A program made the position numbers and the translations under genes. From an uncultured delta proteobacterium (GTDB lineage: Bacteria > Desulfobacterota > Syntrophobacteria > Syntrophobacterales > Syntrophobacteraceae), in NCBI GenBank assembly GCA_963808625.1, contig CAWEHK010000026.1, forward strand, positions 10,228 through 74,227: a stretch of DNA of 64,000 nt. Reading direction: 5' to 3'. Positions 51,093-60,848 of the stretch are shown here, one piece after another (within the stretch, counting starts at the first letter, position 1; each line of letters starts with the position of its first letter). Below the pieces are notes generated by a model. It made no database searches. It had not been told where the DNA came from and saw only the letters and a program-made list of their open reading frames with translations.

Positions 51093-53180
51093 TTATTCCG
51101 AAAACATTGAGGTTTTAGCCGGAGGCAGAGCGGTCCTTGAACCTGCCTCTTTTTCCGGTTTGTCTTTGGCCGCTATTTTATCCAAAGTCTCCGAGGGATC
51201 AATGCCTGCAGAGGGAGACTCCTGAAGATCACCCGCAACCGGTTTGACCTCTTGAGGCGCCTCGCTCTTCAGGAAGACCACGCCGAGCGGGGGCAACACC
51301 AACGGCAAGGAATAAGATCTCCCGTGGGAACGGATGGCGTCCGCCTCCATCCCGCCGAAGTTCCCATGGCCGCTGCCACCATAGAGCTTGGCATCGCTAT
51401 TCAGGATTTCGCTCCAGAAACCGCATCTCGGCACTCCCAGCCGGTAACCGATTCTTGGCACAGGAGTGAAATTGGCTGCCACCATAATCACATCGCCGGT
51501 CTTTTTACCCTTCCGCAAAAAGCTGATGACACTCGCTTCGGCATCGCAAGCATCGATCCATTCGAAGCCTTCCTGGGTGAAATCCGCCTCGTACAGTGCC
51601 GGCTCCCTTCGATATGCCGCATTCAAACTCTGTACCCACCTCTGCATGCCCTGGTGCGTTGGAGCTTCGAGCAGGCTCCAATCCAGACTCTTTTCGTGAT
51701 ACCACTCGTCCCACTGCCCGAATTCGCCCCCCATAAACAGCAGCTTCTTGCCCGGATGGCCATACATGTACCCGAACAGGAGCCGAAGATTGGCGAATTT
51801 TTGCCAGTCATCACCCGGCATCTGCCGAATCAGGGAACCCTTCCCATAGACGACCTCGTCGTGTGACAAAGGGAGCACGAAATTTTCAAAGAATGCGTAC
51901 CAGATGCTGAAGGTGAGCTGATTCTGATGATATTTTCGATGGATCGGTTCTTTCGCAAAATAATCCAGGGTGTCATGCATCCATCCCATATTCCACTTCA
52001 TCCCGAACCCCAGGCCCCCGACGTAAGCCGGCCTCGAAACCATCGGCCACGAGGTCGACTCCTCGGCAATCGTCTGGACGTCAGGATGACGTTCATACAC
52101 AATCTCATTGAAGCGCCTCAGGAAAGAGATTGCGTCCAAATTTTCCTTGCCGCCGTGCTCATTGGGGATCCACTCCCCCTCTTTACGGGCATAATCCAAA
52201 TAGAGCATGGAAGCCACGGCATCAACTCTAATGCCGTCCGCATGGTACTTAGTGAGCCAGAACAGCGCACTGCTGATCAGGAAAGACCTGACCTCGTATC
52301 TTCCGTGATTGAAAATGGCGCTCTTCCATTCAGGATGAAAACCCTTTTGGGGGTCCGCATGTTCGTACAGATTGGTGCCATCGAAGTAAATCAGCCCGTG
52401 TTCGTCAGTGGGAAAGTGGGAAGGCACCCAATCCAGGATTACCCCGATGTCGTTGCGATGCAGCTCGTCAATCAGAAACATGAAGTCCTGAGGCGTGCCA
52501 TATCTGGCGGTGGGTGCAAAATATCCCACGGTCTGATAACCCCACGAGCCGAAAAAGGGATGCTCCATAATGGGCAGGAATTCCACATGAGTAAAACCCA
52601 TTTCGCGAAGATACTTGGGGAGATGGTCCGCCATCTCGCGGTAGGTGAGCGGGCGATTGTCTTCTTCGGGGACCCTTCGCCATGACCCTACATGCATTTC
52701 ATAAATCGTAATCGGTGCTCCGAGAGCGTTGACGCTTAGCCTATTTTGCATCCACTCCGCATCGTTCCAGTCATGCTCAAGGTCGCAGATAACGGAAGCC
52801 GTAGCGGGAGGCGTCTGCGACAAGAAGGCAAAGGGATCGCCTTTATCAACACGGTATCCATTATGTTTGGAAACGATATGATATTTGTAGACGGTGCCGG
52901 CACCGAGCTCTGCCACAAAGCCTTCCCAGATCCCCGAACCGTCATCCCTCCCTTTTAACGGATGAGAGGCCTTGTTCCAGCCGTTGAAGTCGCCGATGAC
53001 CGAGACCTTTTCCGCATTCGGCGCCCATAAGGCGAAGTGGGTCCCTTTGACTCCGTTCAACTCGATCATATGAGAGCCCATTTTCTCGAAGAGCGTAAAA
53101 TGGCTGCCTTGCCTGAAGAGGTAGATATCGTGATCGGTCAGGAGACTCCCCTTGTAAACGACCTTATTGCTTTGCTTCAT
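51093..53180 (-). CDS. glgB: 1,4-alpha-glucan branching enzyme
   Basis: WAPNA, SWGYQ, DWVPSHF, GIRVDAVASM, IAEEST, LSHDEVV. Confidence 0.96.
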   Translation of the reverse strand: MKQSNKVVYKGSLLTDHDIYLFRQGSHFTLFEKMGSHMIELNGVKGTHFALWAPNAEKVSVIGDFNGWNKASHPLKGRDDGSGIWEGFVAELGAGTVYKYHIVSKHNGYRVDKGDPFAFLSQTPPATASVICDLEHDWNDAEWMQNRLSVNALGAPITIYEMHVGSWRRVPEEDNRPLTYREMADHLPKYLREMGFTHVEFLPIMEHPFFGSWGYQTVGYFAPTARYGTPQDFMFLIDELHRNDIGVILDWVPSHFPTDEHGLIYFDGTNLYEHADPQKGFHPEWKSAIFNHGRYEVRSFLISSALFWLTKYHADGIRVDAVASMLYLDYARKEGEWIPNEHGGKENLDAISFLRRFNEIVYERHPDVQTIAEESTSWPMVSRPAYVGGLGFGMKWNMGWMHDTLDYFAKEPIHRKYHQNQLTFSIWYAFFENFVLPLSHDEVVYGKGSLIRQMPGDDWQKFANLRLLFGYMYGHPGKKLLFMGGEFGQWDEWYHEKSLDWSLLEAPTHQGMQRWVQSLNAAYRREPALYEADFTQEGFEWIDACDAEASVISFLRKGKKTGDVIMVAANFTPVPRIGYRLGVPRCGFWSEILNSDAKLYGGSGHGNFGGMEADAIRSHGRSYSLPLVLPPLGVVFLKSEAPQEVKPVAGDLQESPSAGIDPSETLDKIAAKDKPEKEAGSRTALPPAKTSMFSE

Positions 53181-53305
53181 GTTCCACTCCCCTACCCCTG
53201 TCATTCGCCTGGTGGCTAGTGACCAGTGGCTAGTTCATTGCGGCAGAAGTCATCATCCATATTATGCAACAAATCAAGAAGCTACCTTGTTTCACTTGAA
53301 GAAGT

Positions 53306-53451
53306 GAATACCGAATATCGAACAAGGAATTTCGAATGATGAAGTCTTTTTGGTTTTGCTGTCCAATCTTAATGTCCGCCACAAATCTTCAAAGCTGGAT
53401 TTTCTGCAATCCTTCGACATTCTGCGGTTCCTTGTTCGATATTCGATATTC
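53306..53451. repeat. Inverted heptamer-based repeat element
   Basis: GAATACCGAATATCGAACAAGGAA / TTCCTTGTTCGATATTCGATATTC arms. Confidence 0.8.
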
Positions 53452-53521
53452 AGCTAAAAGAGCGCCTATACATATCGAGGGGGAAGAACCGGGTGTAGAC
53501 TTGCGCCCCCTGTACTAGTGG

Positions 53522-54124
53522 CTAGGGTTCTGTTTCATCTTCCGCTCCCCTAACCCTGTCATTCGCCTCCAGATAGCTTCGCCAATTCTCTACGGTTTTG
53601 GGGCCAACACCTGGAATTTCCTCCAGCTCATCGAGATTTTGCCATGCCTGCTTCCGGCGGCGGTCGACAATAGCCGCCGCAAACCCGGCCTTCATCTGGG
53701 GAACAAACATCAATTCCTCTTCTGAAGCGAGATTCACCTCCAGTTTTTCCCCCAGGGTCAGGCGCGCTGCCGCAGGCATCGGTTCCACAAGGATTTCCGC
53801 TGAACCGGCCCCGGAACAGGCGACGCGGACCAGTTGTCCATTGCGCGTCAGGGCCTTGTCAAAACCTTCGCAAGCCCCGCCGGCGAGGTGACCGCGAAGC
53901 CCGCCGGCCGCCTCAACCGCCTGCCTGACTGTCACCTCGGGGCCGGCCAGGAGGAACACCCCGGGGTTCTTGACGTCACCCGCCACGGCGAGAGTCAGCG
54001 GCATGGGCGGAATGTCCGATGGCGGCAGATCTTTTCGGTAAAGGCGCACAAGCAGGATCGAAGAAATGAAGATGGCCAAAAGGGTAATAGCCGCCCACTG
54101 ACTGCGAGGTGCGAGATGAATCAT
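53522..54124 (-). CDS. comEA: ComEA-like protein (SLBB plus helix-hairpin-helix)
   Basis: TM, VAGDVKNPGVF...AVEAAGG, VNLASEEEL, IPGVGPKT. Confidence 0.75.
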   Translation of the reverse strand: MIHLAPRSQWAAITLLAIFISSILLVRLYRKDLPPSDIPPMPLTLAVAGDVKNPGVFLLAGPEVTVRQAVEAAGGLRGHLAGGACEGFDKALTRNGQLVRVACSGAGSAEILVEPMPAAARLTLGEKLEVNLASEEELMFVPQMKAGFAAAIVDRRRKQAWQNLDELEEIPGVGPKTVENWRSYLEANDRVRGAEDETEP

Positions 54125-55707
54125 TGCTTGCTGTTCTGCTTTTCGGCCTTGTACATCTTGTAATTGATGCTGTCCACCAGGGCCTGCCAGCTTGCTTCCA
54201 GAATGTCGTGGGAAACGCCCACGGTGCCCCAGTGGTCGTTTTGATCCCGGGATTCGATGAGCACGCGCACGCGGGCCGCCGTCCCGTCTCGTCCGGGCAA
54301 TACCCGCACCTTGTAATCGCTGAGCTCCATCTCCCTCAGTTCCGGATAAAATTTTTCCAGGGCCTTGCGCAACGCATTGTCGAGAGCGTTGACCGGGCCA
54401 TTTCCCAGGGCTGCCGTGTGCTCGATATGACCGCCCACCTTGACCTGGATCGTGGCTTCCGCAACCGGAGCCCGCTCTTCACTGAGTTTCTGGTCGATCA
54501 CCCGAAAGCCCACCAGTTCGAAATAGCGTTTGCTCTTGCCGATGGCCCGGTTGACAAGGAGCTCAAAACTCGCCTCTGCGGCTTCAAATTGAAACCCTTG
54601 ACTCTCGAGATCTTTGAGCTCATCGAGGACCTGCATGGCGACAGGGTCCTTTTTCGAGAGCCGCAGGCCATAGTCCATGGCCTTGAGTTTGATCGTCGAC
54701 CGCCCTGAAAGGTCCGACACCAGGACCCGCCGCCGGTTGCCCACGAGCGTTGGATCGACATGTTCGTAGGTGAGCGGATTTTTCTCGACCGCGCTGATGT
54801 GGACCCCGCCCTTATGGGCAAAAGCGCTTCGCCCCACAAAGGGCTGATATTTGTTCGAAGGAATATTCGCCAGCTCCAGCACAAAGCGGCTTACCGTGCG
54901 CAGCTTGACCAGGTTTTCGGGAGCAAGGCAGGGCACCCCCATTTTCAGGCAGAGGTTGGCGATGATGGAAACCAGGTCAGCATTGCCACATCGCTCACCG
55001 ATGCCATTGATCGTGCCCTGAACCTGAACGGCACCCATTTCCACGGCCAACAGGGAATTGGCGACGGCAAGATCGGAATCGTTGTGAAGATGAATCCCGA
55101 AGGGAGTTTCCGGGAAGCGTTCTTTGACTGCGGCGATAATCTCCTGAAGCGTTCGCGTCAGATTGCCCCCGTTGGTATCACAGAGAATCAGACATTCGGC
55201 GCCGCCTTCCAGCGCTTTCTCCAGGGTCTTGAGCGCATATTCGGGATTGTCCCGGAAACCATCGAAGAAATGCTCCGCATCATAAAACAGGGTTTGCACC
55301 CGGGGTCGCAGGTAGGCGAGGCTCTCCCGGATCAGTTGCAGGTTGCGGTCGAGCGTCGTGCGCAGGGCGTCATGGACATGGACCGTCCAGCTCTTTCCAA
55401 AAATGGTCGCAACGGGGGTTTTCGCTGAGACGATCGCCTTGAGATTATGGTCCGTTTCCGGGGTCTTGGTGGGATGACAGGTGGCCCCAAAGGCGGCAAT
55501 TTGGGCGTTCTTGAGCCGGTAATTCCGAATTTCCCGGAAAAAGCCCACGTCCCGGGGATTGGAGCCCGGCCACCCGCCCTCGATATAGTGCAGGCCGAGA
55601 TCATCCAATTTCAGCGCAATCCTGACCTTATCATCGACCGAGACCGAAAAATCCTCAGCCTGCGTCCCATCCCGAAGCGTTGTGTCATAGATCTTGACTT
55701 CCTGCAT
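54121..55707 (-). CDS. cimA: Citramalate synthase
   Basis: YDTTLRDGTQAE, IEGGWPGSNP, YDAEHFFDG, HLHND, AFAHKGGVH. Confidence 0.92.
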   Translation of the reverse strand: MQEVKIYDTTLRDGTQAEDFSVSVDDKVRIALKLDDLGLHYIEGGWPGSNPRDVGFFREIRNYRLKNAQIAAFGATCHPTKTPETDHNLKAIVSAKTPVATIFGKSWTVHVHDALRTTLDRNLQLIRESLAYLRPRVQTLFYDAEHFFDGFRDNPEYALKTLEKALEGGAECLILCDTNGGNLTRTLQEIIAAVKERFPETPFGIHLHNDSDLAVANSLLAVEMGAVQVQGTINGIGERCGNADLVSIIANLCLKMGVPCLAPENLVKLRTVSRFVLELANIPSNKYQPFVGRSAFAHKGGVHISAVEKNPLTYEHVDPTLVGNRRRVLVSDLSGRSTIKLKAMDYGLRLSKKDPVAMQVLDELKDLESQGFQFEAAEASFELLVNRAIGKSKRYFELVGFRVIDQKLSEERAPVAEATIQVKVGGHIEHTAALGNGPVNALDNALRKALEKFYPELREMELSDYKVRVLPGRDGTAARVRVLIESRDQNDHWGTVGVSHDILEASWQALVDSINYKMYKAEKQNSKQ

Positions 55708-55759
55708 CGCCCACCGTTCCTCAGCCGGTTTCCAGACCCTCTCCCTTTCCTTCTCGCGC

Positions 55760-57010
55760 CTATTTCTCTTCTCTGATCGTGATCCGTTCGCCCGGTTCCT
55801 TGTCCAATTCGAAGGCGTCGTGCAGCACGCGAACCGCCAACTCCGTGTATTTTTCATCAATGACACACGAGATCTTGATTTCCGACGTCGAGATCATCTT
55901 GAGGTTGATATTCTCGCGGGCCAGGATCTCGAACATCTTCGAGGCAACACCGCTGTGGCTGCGCATCCCCACACCAATCACGGAAATCTTGGCGATATTG
56001 GGATTGCTGTGAACTCCCGCCTCGATCTCTTTCGCCACTCGCTCAGCGATTTGCATGGTTTCCTGGTAGTGCGGCTTGGGCACGGTAAACGAGAGGTTGG
56101 CGCGCCCCGGAATACTGCCGCTCCCCTGAACAATCAAATCGACATTGATACCAGCCTCTGAAATGGGTTGAAAAAGCTTTGCCGCCATCCCCGGTATGTC
56201 GGGAACATTGGTGAGCGTGATCCGCGCCTCACTCTTATTGTAGGTGATTCCGGAAACCATCACCCTTTCCATTTCTTCATCCTCCTCAGTGACAAGAGTC
56301 CCCGCAACGTTCGTGAAAGACGAGCACACCAGGATCGGCACGTTGTACTTCATGCCGAATTCGACCGAGCGAAGATGCAGGACCTTGGCGCCCATGCTCG
56401 CCATTTCGAGCATTTCCTCATAGCTGATCTTATCAAGCTTCCTGGCCTTGCTGTAGATGTTCGGGTCTGTAGTAAAAACCCCCTCGACGTCGGTATAGAT
56501 TTCGCACACACTGGCCTTCAGCGCCGCCGCCAGGGCAACGGCCGTGGTATCCGACCCCCCGCGCCCCAGAGTGGTAATGTTGCCCTCATCGTCGTGGCCC
56601 TGAAAACCGGCTACCACTACGATCTTTCCCTCGTTGATTTTTTCCATGATGGGGGGGGTATCGATACAACTGATGCGGGCTTCGCCATAATGGCAATCGG
56701 TGTGAATTCCCGCCTGGTAGCCAGTCATGGACACTGCCTCCGAGCCCAGGTCCTTCACCGCCATACAGAAAAGCGCCACCGTAATCTGTTCGCCCGTCGA
56801 GAGGAGCACGTCCAATTCCCGGGGATCAGGATTGGGGCTCATTTCCCGCGCCAACCCGAACAGCCGGTCAGTGTCTCCGGCGCGGGCGGAAAGCACCACC
56901 ACGAGGTTGTCCCCTGCCTCCTTGCGCGCCAGCACGCGATCCGCCACCGCGCGAATGCGCTCCGCATTGGCTACGGAAGTTCCGCCATATTTTTGAACAA
57001 CAAGTGCCAT
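55760..57010 (-). CDS. lysC: Aspartate kinase
   Basis: VQKYGGTSV, TTLGRGGSDTTA, two ACT domains, ISTSEIKIS. Confidence 0.95.
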   Translation of the reverse strand: MALVVQKYGGTSVANAERIRAVADRVLARKEAGDNLVVVLSARAGDTDRLFGLAREMSPNPDPRELDVLLSTGEQITVALFCMAVKDLGSEAVSMTGYQAGIHTDCHYGEARISCIDTPPIMEKINEGKIVVVAGFQGHDDEGNITTLGRGGSDTTAVALAAALKASVCEIYTDVEGVFTTDPNIYSKARKLDKISYEEMLEMASMGAKVLHLRSVEFGMKYNVPILVCSSFTNVAGTLVTEEDEEMERVMVSGITYNKSEARITLTNVPDIPGMAAKLFQPISEAGINVDLIVQGSGSIPGRANLSFTVPKPHYQETMQIAERVAKEIEAGVHSNPNIAKISVIGVGMRSHSGVASKMFEILARENINLKMISTSEIKISCVIDEKYTELAVRVLHDAFELDKEPGERITIREEK

Positions 57011-57271
57011 CTAAAACGCGACCTCCCTGGTCTCAAATTCTTAGCCTTTGGATTTTCCTCTTTCACGCAGATTTTCCATGAATCATGCTTCAGAGGGGCA
57101 ACAGCGCAAGCGATCACATCGAGGAATCATCGTTGTGTAACACAAATGCGCCGGGATTTGTAGATCATTTTTGGAAGGCATTGAGATATACATGCAGAGT
57201 CGAATTGGCATTTTCCGAATAGCTTATGCCCCCTGACTGTCGCTCTGAGAAACAACTCGAGGAAAAGGAGG

Positions 57272-60014
57272 TCACCATCCTCCCAACAGCTCACGGAAGA
57301 CATCGGCCTGGTTCAATACCTCGGCAGTGCTTTCCCAGTCAGCGTCCAGAGATTCGGTTGTCTCTTTCAGGGCGAATGGATTTTGCCTCTGGTCGGAGAT
57401 GATCGTCAGCACCGTATTTTCGTCCCACTGTTTGTTTTCCAGCATGTCTTTGACCCATTGGTCCACGATGAAGTCCGGGATGGTGCCGAAAATGGATGTG
57501 ATTTCCTGGATGCGGCCGGAGAGCGTTTGGAAAAGCCTTTGTTCCACGCCTTTATCGTAGCGCATATTGTAGAAAGGAATGCGTTTGGCAATGGTTCCGC
57601 GCTGCACCCGACCCTTGCGCTGCTCCAAGCACGGTAGGGTTCCAGGGAAGGTCGAGGTTGATGAGGCAGCCCAACCGTTGCAGGTTGAGACCGGTGCTTG
57701 CGGCGTCCGTCCCCACCAGAAGCTTGAGCCTTCCTTGCGTGACCTTTTCCTTCAGGAGGTCGCGGTTGGCCGTGAGGATCTTCCCGTCCTCGAAAAGCTT
57801 GGAGGCGGAAGTGTTGGCATAGAGGCCAATCGGCTCCTCAACGGTCTTTGAAAGGTATTCGCAAAGAGCAAAGGCAGAGTCATAAAACTGGCTGAATATG
57901 AGGACTCCCATTTGCAGCCAGGTGCGCTCCTCGAATTTCTGTTGCAGCACTTCGCGCACGCGGTCAAACTTGGGATCGTCTTCACGCTCCAAGTGCCGGG
58001 CGAGATGTTCCTCCAAGCGTCGGAGGATGCTCTTTTCATCAGGAGCCAACGGATATATGGATTCGGCATCGTCGTTTGGGTCCTCGTCTTCTTCAAAGGA
58101 GCGCCCGGCAAGCATCTTTCGCGTTGTTTTGAGCCCCGCTACCAGCGAACTGCCGACCCGCCGCTGCAGCAGAGTCTTGATGAATCCCCCCGCTTTGACT
58201 CGCCGGTGCAGGGCCTTGGCAAAGTGTTCGGCCAATTCAAAGGCCTGTTCCATACCATGTGAACAAAGAATTGGCTGTCCGTCGCCGAAAGGCACCATTT
58301 CGATCTTAACCAGTTTGCCTTCTTCTTCCAGTCGCTCCCGGCTGCGCTTGATGACTCTTTGGGTGAAGGGGTTGATTTCCCGCAGTTCCTCGAATTCCAG
58401 AGTGTCTATGCGTGATGGGTCCAGACGATCCAAATCGGCGTTGGTTGCCTGGTCGTCGGTGAGCTTCAGCCCCAGGTCTTGGCGTACCCAGTCAAAGACC
58501 TCTGTTTTCGCATCCAGCGGTGTTGGCAAAGGGTCACGCCAATACTGCCATTTGTCGTAGAGCTGAGTGACTTCTTTTCTTCCCGCGACGATGTCGAAAA
58601 TCCTCGGGGTATCGCTTTTGCGCCAAAAGCCGCTGACGCTACCAAGCACCTGGGGATTCCTCAGCGACAGAATGTAAAGCAGATCCCAAAGCTCCATTGG
58701 GTGAAGCTGAACGGGCGTCGCCGTCGCCAGCAGCATCGTCCTGGTCCGGCCGGCGAGCTGCTCGGCAAAACTGTAGAGGCGTTTCTTTTCAGGTGGACCG
58801 TAGACGTTTGCAGGAGACAAGTTGCCGCGGCGAATCCGATGGGCCTCATCCCAGATGCAGCAAGAAAAGCGACGTTCCAGGAGTTGACTGACGAACACTC
58901 TATTGCGCTCACTCAGTGGTACGCTGGTGATGACCGAGGTCGAGACAATGCCAATCTTTCGTGGGCAGTTGGTGGCTTTGTTGGGCAACGCCGGGTGGAA
59001 CTCGTCACGCTCCGTCAACCACCCACCCCCTTCCCAGCGAGCCGAGGGCACCTGGAGCTTCTGGAGCAACTCTTCCTGCCACTGAGCAAGCAACGGCTTG
59101 GGGGCAATGATGAGGATCGGCAAGGGATCGAGAGTGCCGATGAGTTTCGCGACAGCTCCCAGCTGAAGAGTCTTTCCAAGCCCTACGCCGTCGCACAGCA
59201 GAAACCGGGCCCCCCGTTGGGGATCGGTCTGGTATTTCAGGTGTTCATTAAAAGCCAGGTTGATGAAATACTTCTGATGATCCCAAAAGCCGAAGAGCTC
59301 AGTGACTGTTGGAACTTCGGCGAGCATGGGCTCGGGCCCCGGTTTCTCTTTCCAATCCCCAACATGCTCAAGCACGACGCGCCGGGACAGACGGCCGATC
59401 TGTTTAACGATGAACTCGGAAAGGGGGAAGGCTCGCTCCCAGAGAGCGTCGAACTCCTCTTGCACCCATGTGATGCTCTCCTCACTGTCATCTTCCCACA
59501 CCAGTTCGTAGTTCTGTGACCAGGCGCGGGCGCTGTCATTGGCGCTGCCGATAAATGAGGTCTTACCCCAGTCACCTTCAATGATTCCGCCCTTACCGTG
59601 CACAAAACCGAATTCCGAATCGGGTACAATGCGAATTTCGAAAACCCGCCCATCTCTGCCCGATGCGCTCAGCAGGTCATGGAGAATTTTCAGTCGCTTC
59701 TGCGCTACACTCCCGTGCACGTCCACCTGTTGGCCAAAATGACCAGCATTCCATGCCAGGCGAAGCATGCTCTCCTCCAGTTCCTTGCGGCGTGCCCCAG
59801 ACGCCATGCGAACCGTCTTCACATCGTCCCCATTGACCTCCGTGTTGCAGACGATCCGTACCTCGGGAATTGCGGCCAGCTCTTCGTTGGCCAGGTCAAA
59901 CAGGCTGCTTTGAAAATAGCCGGCAATGCGATGGTAGCGTTTGGCAGATACCAGACGTTTTCTCAGAAATTCCTCATAAAGGCCGGCACGGCGAGAACTG
60001 AAGCGGCGAAGCAC
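57272..60014 (-). CDS. PLD-nuclease / SNF2 helicase fusion, anti-phage restriction-like system subunit (frameshift near 57628)
   Basis: IAGYFQSS, VHGKGGII...GSANDS...NYEL (PLD), DGVGLGKT, DEAH, ATATP, GLNLQ, DLPWNP..LEQRKGR. Confidence 0.88.
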
Positions 60015-60123
60015 TCTCTAATGCCCTCCCAACATTCTTTCTGTAGCACCATTCCACGTTCCCTCGCTCTTGTTCAGTCGCCTGACATAGGCCAGAGCCG
60101 GGCCATCTATACACTGGGGATTT

Positions 60124-60369
60124 TCAGGCAACAGCAAGGTGTTTCTCATTCTCAATAACGATCTTAGGGTCAAAGTTGATTGGTGGCACCGGCAGTCCTT
60201 GCTCTCGAAGCAGAGCAACGTGCTCCTTCATACCCCACTTCGCCTTGTAGATACAGTCCTCTACCGAATGCCCAATGCCTGAGAAGCCCTCGAGGTCCGG
60301 AGAGTAGAATCCGAAATAGTCGGGTTCCTCGGTGGCTTCGATGATGAGTGAATAAGGCAAATCGATCAT
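60124..60369 (-). CDS. hicB: HicB-family antitoxin
   Basis: YSLIIE...FYSPDLEGFSGIGHSVED...GLPVP. Confidence 0.85.
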   Translation of the reverse strand: MIDLPYSLIIEATEEPDYFGFYSPDLEGFSGIGHSVEDCIYKAKWGMKEHVALLREQGLPVPPINFDPKIVIENEKHLAVA

Positions 60370-60575
60370 TTTTTCATTCTCCTCAGGGGTGTTTGATCCC
60401 GGCAGCCTTTCAAAATCGAGTAGCATGTCCCCGTGGGAACTTCCTTTGCACCATGATAGTCCACACGGACGAGTTTGTCCCATCCAGATTTCCCATAATA
60501 TCGTATTGATCCCTTCTCTTTGACTATTCTGAATCCGGCATCCTCCAGCAATTTAACCAATTCCGAGAATCTCAC
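60366..60575 (-). CDS. hicA: HicA-family toxin (3' end probably frameshifted; likely true stop near 60383)
   Basis: ELVKLLEDAGF..VKEKGS...HGAKEVPTGT..SILK; upstream of hicB. Confidence 0.8.
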   Translation of the reverse strand: MRFSELVKLLEDAGFRIVKEKGSIRYYGKSGWDKLVRVDYHGAKEVPTGTCYSILKGCRDQTPLRRMKK

Positions 60576-60642
60576 ATCTCTTCTCCACAACCGCCAATTT
60601 CATGGCCCAACAAATAATGACCGCACCAAATTACAGCTCAAC

Positions 60643-60767
60643 AGAACAGAGTGTCCATTACCCTGAGTCGTCATTCCGGCAATCTTCCAGCCGGAATCCA
60701 CAAAGCTTCCTGGATGCCGGCTAAAAACATGCGGGTATGACGAAGGGAAATTCGGACACTCATTTCT
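60643..60767. mobile_element. MITE-like element: CGTC REP doublet inside 14-bp TIRs
   Basis: AGAACAGAGTGTCC / GGACACTCATTTCT (12/14) enclosing CGTCATTCCGGC...GCCGGAATCCA...TGGATGCCGGC...GGTATGACG. Confidence 0.65.
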
Positions 60768-60848
60768 ATGACCCTGTACAAAGCATTACAGGCCTTCACT
60801 CCGTACTTGATTCAGACTGGATACGAGATCCGGTCGAGCCCCGCGCTG

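Noticed and set aside
57011..57271. Lysine riboswitch or leader upstream of lysC
   Set aside because: No convincing L-box motifs or terminator seen
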